64,000 nucleotides of DNA, from NCBI GenBank assembly GCA_963755715.1, contig CAVWLW010000024.1, positions 153,444 through 217,443 of the forward strand. The letters run 5' to 3'. Position 1 is the first letter of the stretch; every line of letters begins with the position of its first letter. Below the pieces are notes generated by a model. The model made no database searches and was not told where the DNA came from. It worked only from the letters and a program-made list of their open reading frames with translations. The translations under genes and the position numbers were made by a program. The stretch comes from an uncultured delta proteobacterium (GTDB taxonomy: Bacteria; Desulfobacterota; Binatia; UBA9968). Shown here piece after piece: positions 63,282 to 64,000 of the stretch.

Positions 63282-63558
63282 AGGGCTCTCCTTACTGCAG
63301 GAATTGTAAGACCTGAATGCCCATGACTGCAAGGTGAGTGTCGATCTCGGCTGTGGTTGTTTTGTGCCTGAACGTGAGCAGAACAAGTGACTCCCATCAC
63401 CGAATACGAAGCAAGTGAATCTCGAAATGGTTGGGGCTTTCTTGTTAACGTTCGGTTTTGATCCGCGCTGACCTTGACTCTTAATCAGCGGGTCCAGAAA
63501 AACTCTACTGCCATCGGATCTCGCCGTCAATGATGATGGTGCACAATCTGCGTTGCGC

Positions 63559-64000
63559 CTATCGTTGGTCTCGGTTTTTTCTGTCATCTCCGCAATGATT
63601 TCCTGAAGCGATTCCACTTTTGCAATCCTTCTCCGTGCCAAACCGTTGAAGATTTCCGGACAGAGAACTCACCAATGGTCTTTTATAACCGTCCAGCTGT
63701 GCCAACGCTTTGGGATTGGCTCTGGCTTTTGGATTATTCTTGATGACGCCCTCAATGGCTTGATTGAACGTGACCAATAGAGACACATCGCTCGCGATGA
63801 TCTCGGCGAGCACGTGCATCGCGGTGCTGATTTGTGTTTCACCGCCTTTGTCGGCGAGCAAGCCGGCCAAAATATCAGCACGGATGTCGTGCTCGTCTGG
63901 AGTCAAATCGCCGTTGAGCCGGCGCTGTGGACTGCCGCAAGACCATGTCGCAAAGCGTTTTGGTTGCCTGGTGGGCCGGATTTGCCGCGTATGCCTGCCA
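63559..64000 (-). CDS. Phage-like protein with terminase-small-subunit-type N-terminal motif (frameshifted, start at window edge)
   Basis: Reverse complement of the last 100 nt reads AGIRGKSGPPGNQNALRHGL, continuing as LTPDEHDIRADILAGLLADKGG. Confidence 0.5.
   Translation of the reverse strand, partial: GRHTRQIRPTRQPKRFATWSCGSPQRRLNGDLTPDEHDIRADILAGLLADKGGETQISTAMHVLAEIIASDVSLLVTFNQAIEGVIKNNPKARANPKALAQLDGYKRPLVSSLSGNLQRFGTEKDCKSGIASGNHCGDDRKNRDQR

Noticed and set aside
62844-63641. 265-aa F420 reductase with N-terminal extension
   Set aside because: Homology begins at MAEYIPSP (63281) after a GGAGAG RBS; the upstream part is read-through from the frameshifted phage-like gene.

Overview
GC-rich bacterial chromosomal segment. 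The gene content (many orphan NMT1/SsuA-like solute-binding proteins, amidohydrolases, VOC, UbiD, ACAD pair) resembles soil Ca. Binatota/deltaproteobacterial MAGs; this is inference and was not tested. Single-base indels break even essential genes (dxs, rpoD), so most frameshifts are probably long-read consensus errors. Layout: (1) 1-10.7 kb core genes queG-ispA-dxs-tlyA-GDPD, rpsU-yqeY-cvpA-dnaG-rpoD, tRNA(CAT). (2) 10.75-16.6 kb AT-richer decayed island starting with a tyrosine-integrase remnant at the tRNA 3' end. (3) 16.6-44 kb catabolic neighbourhood: ald, two biotin-domain-less carboxyltransferase paralogues around an amidohydrolase, DUF1989, Ldh_2, PuuE-like, VOC, cupin, UbiD with a Cys-less racemase-fold partner, sulfatase. 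(4) An LtaS-like insert, NUDIX, ACAD pair, RavA/ViaA-like pair, and two phytoene-dehydrogenase-like genes. (5) An SDR followed by a cobalt nitrile hydratase cluster, then SnoaL, an F420-dependent reductase and a phage-like gene at the right edge. The most striking observation is cargo repeatedly bracketed by diverged direct duplicates of host gene ends (SDR 3' end, NHase accessory gene, NUDIX 5' end), nested like Russian dolls and with no integrase beside them. Several REP-like and 7-8 bp tandem repeat families are also present.
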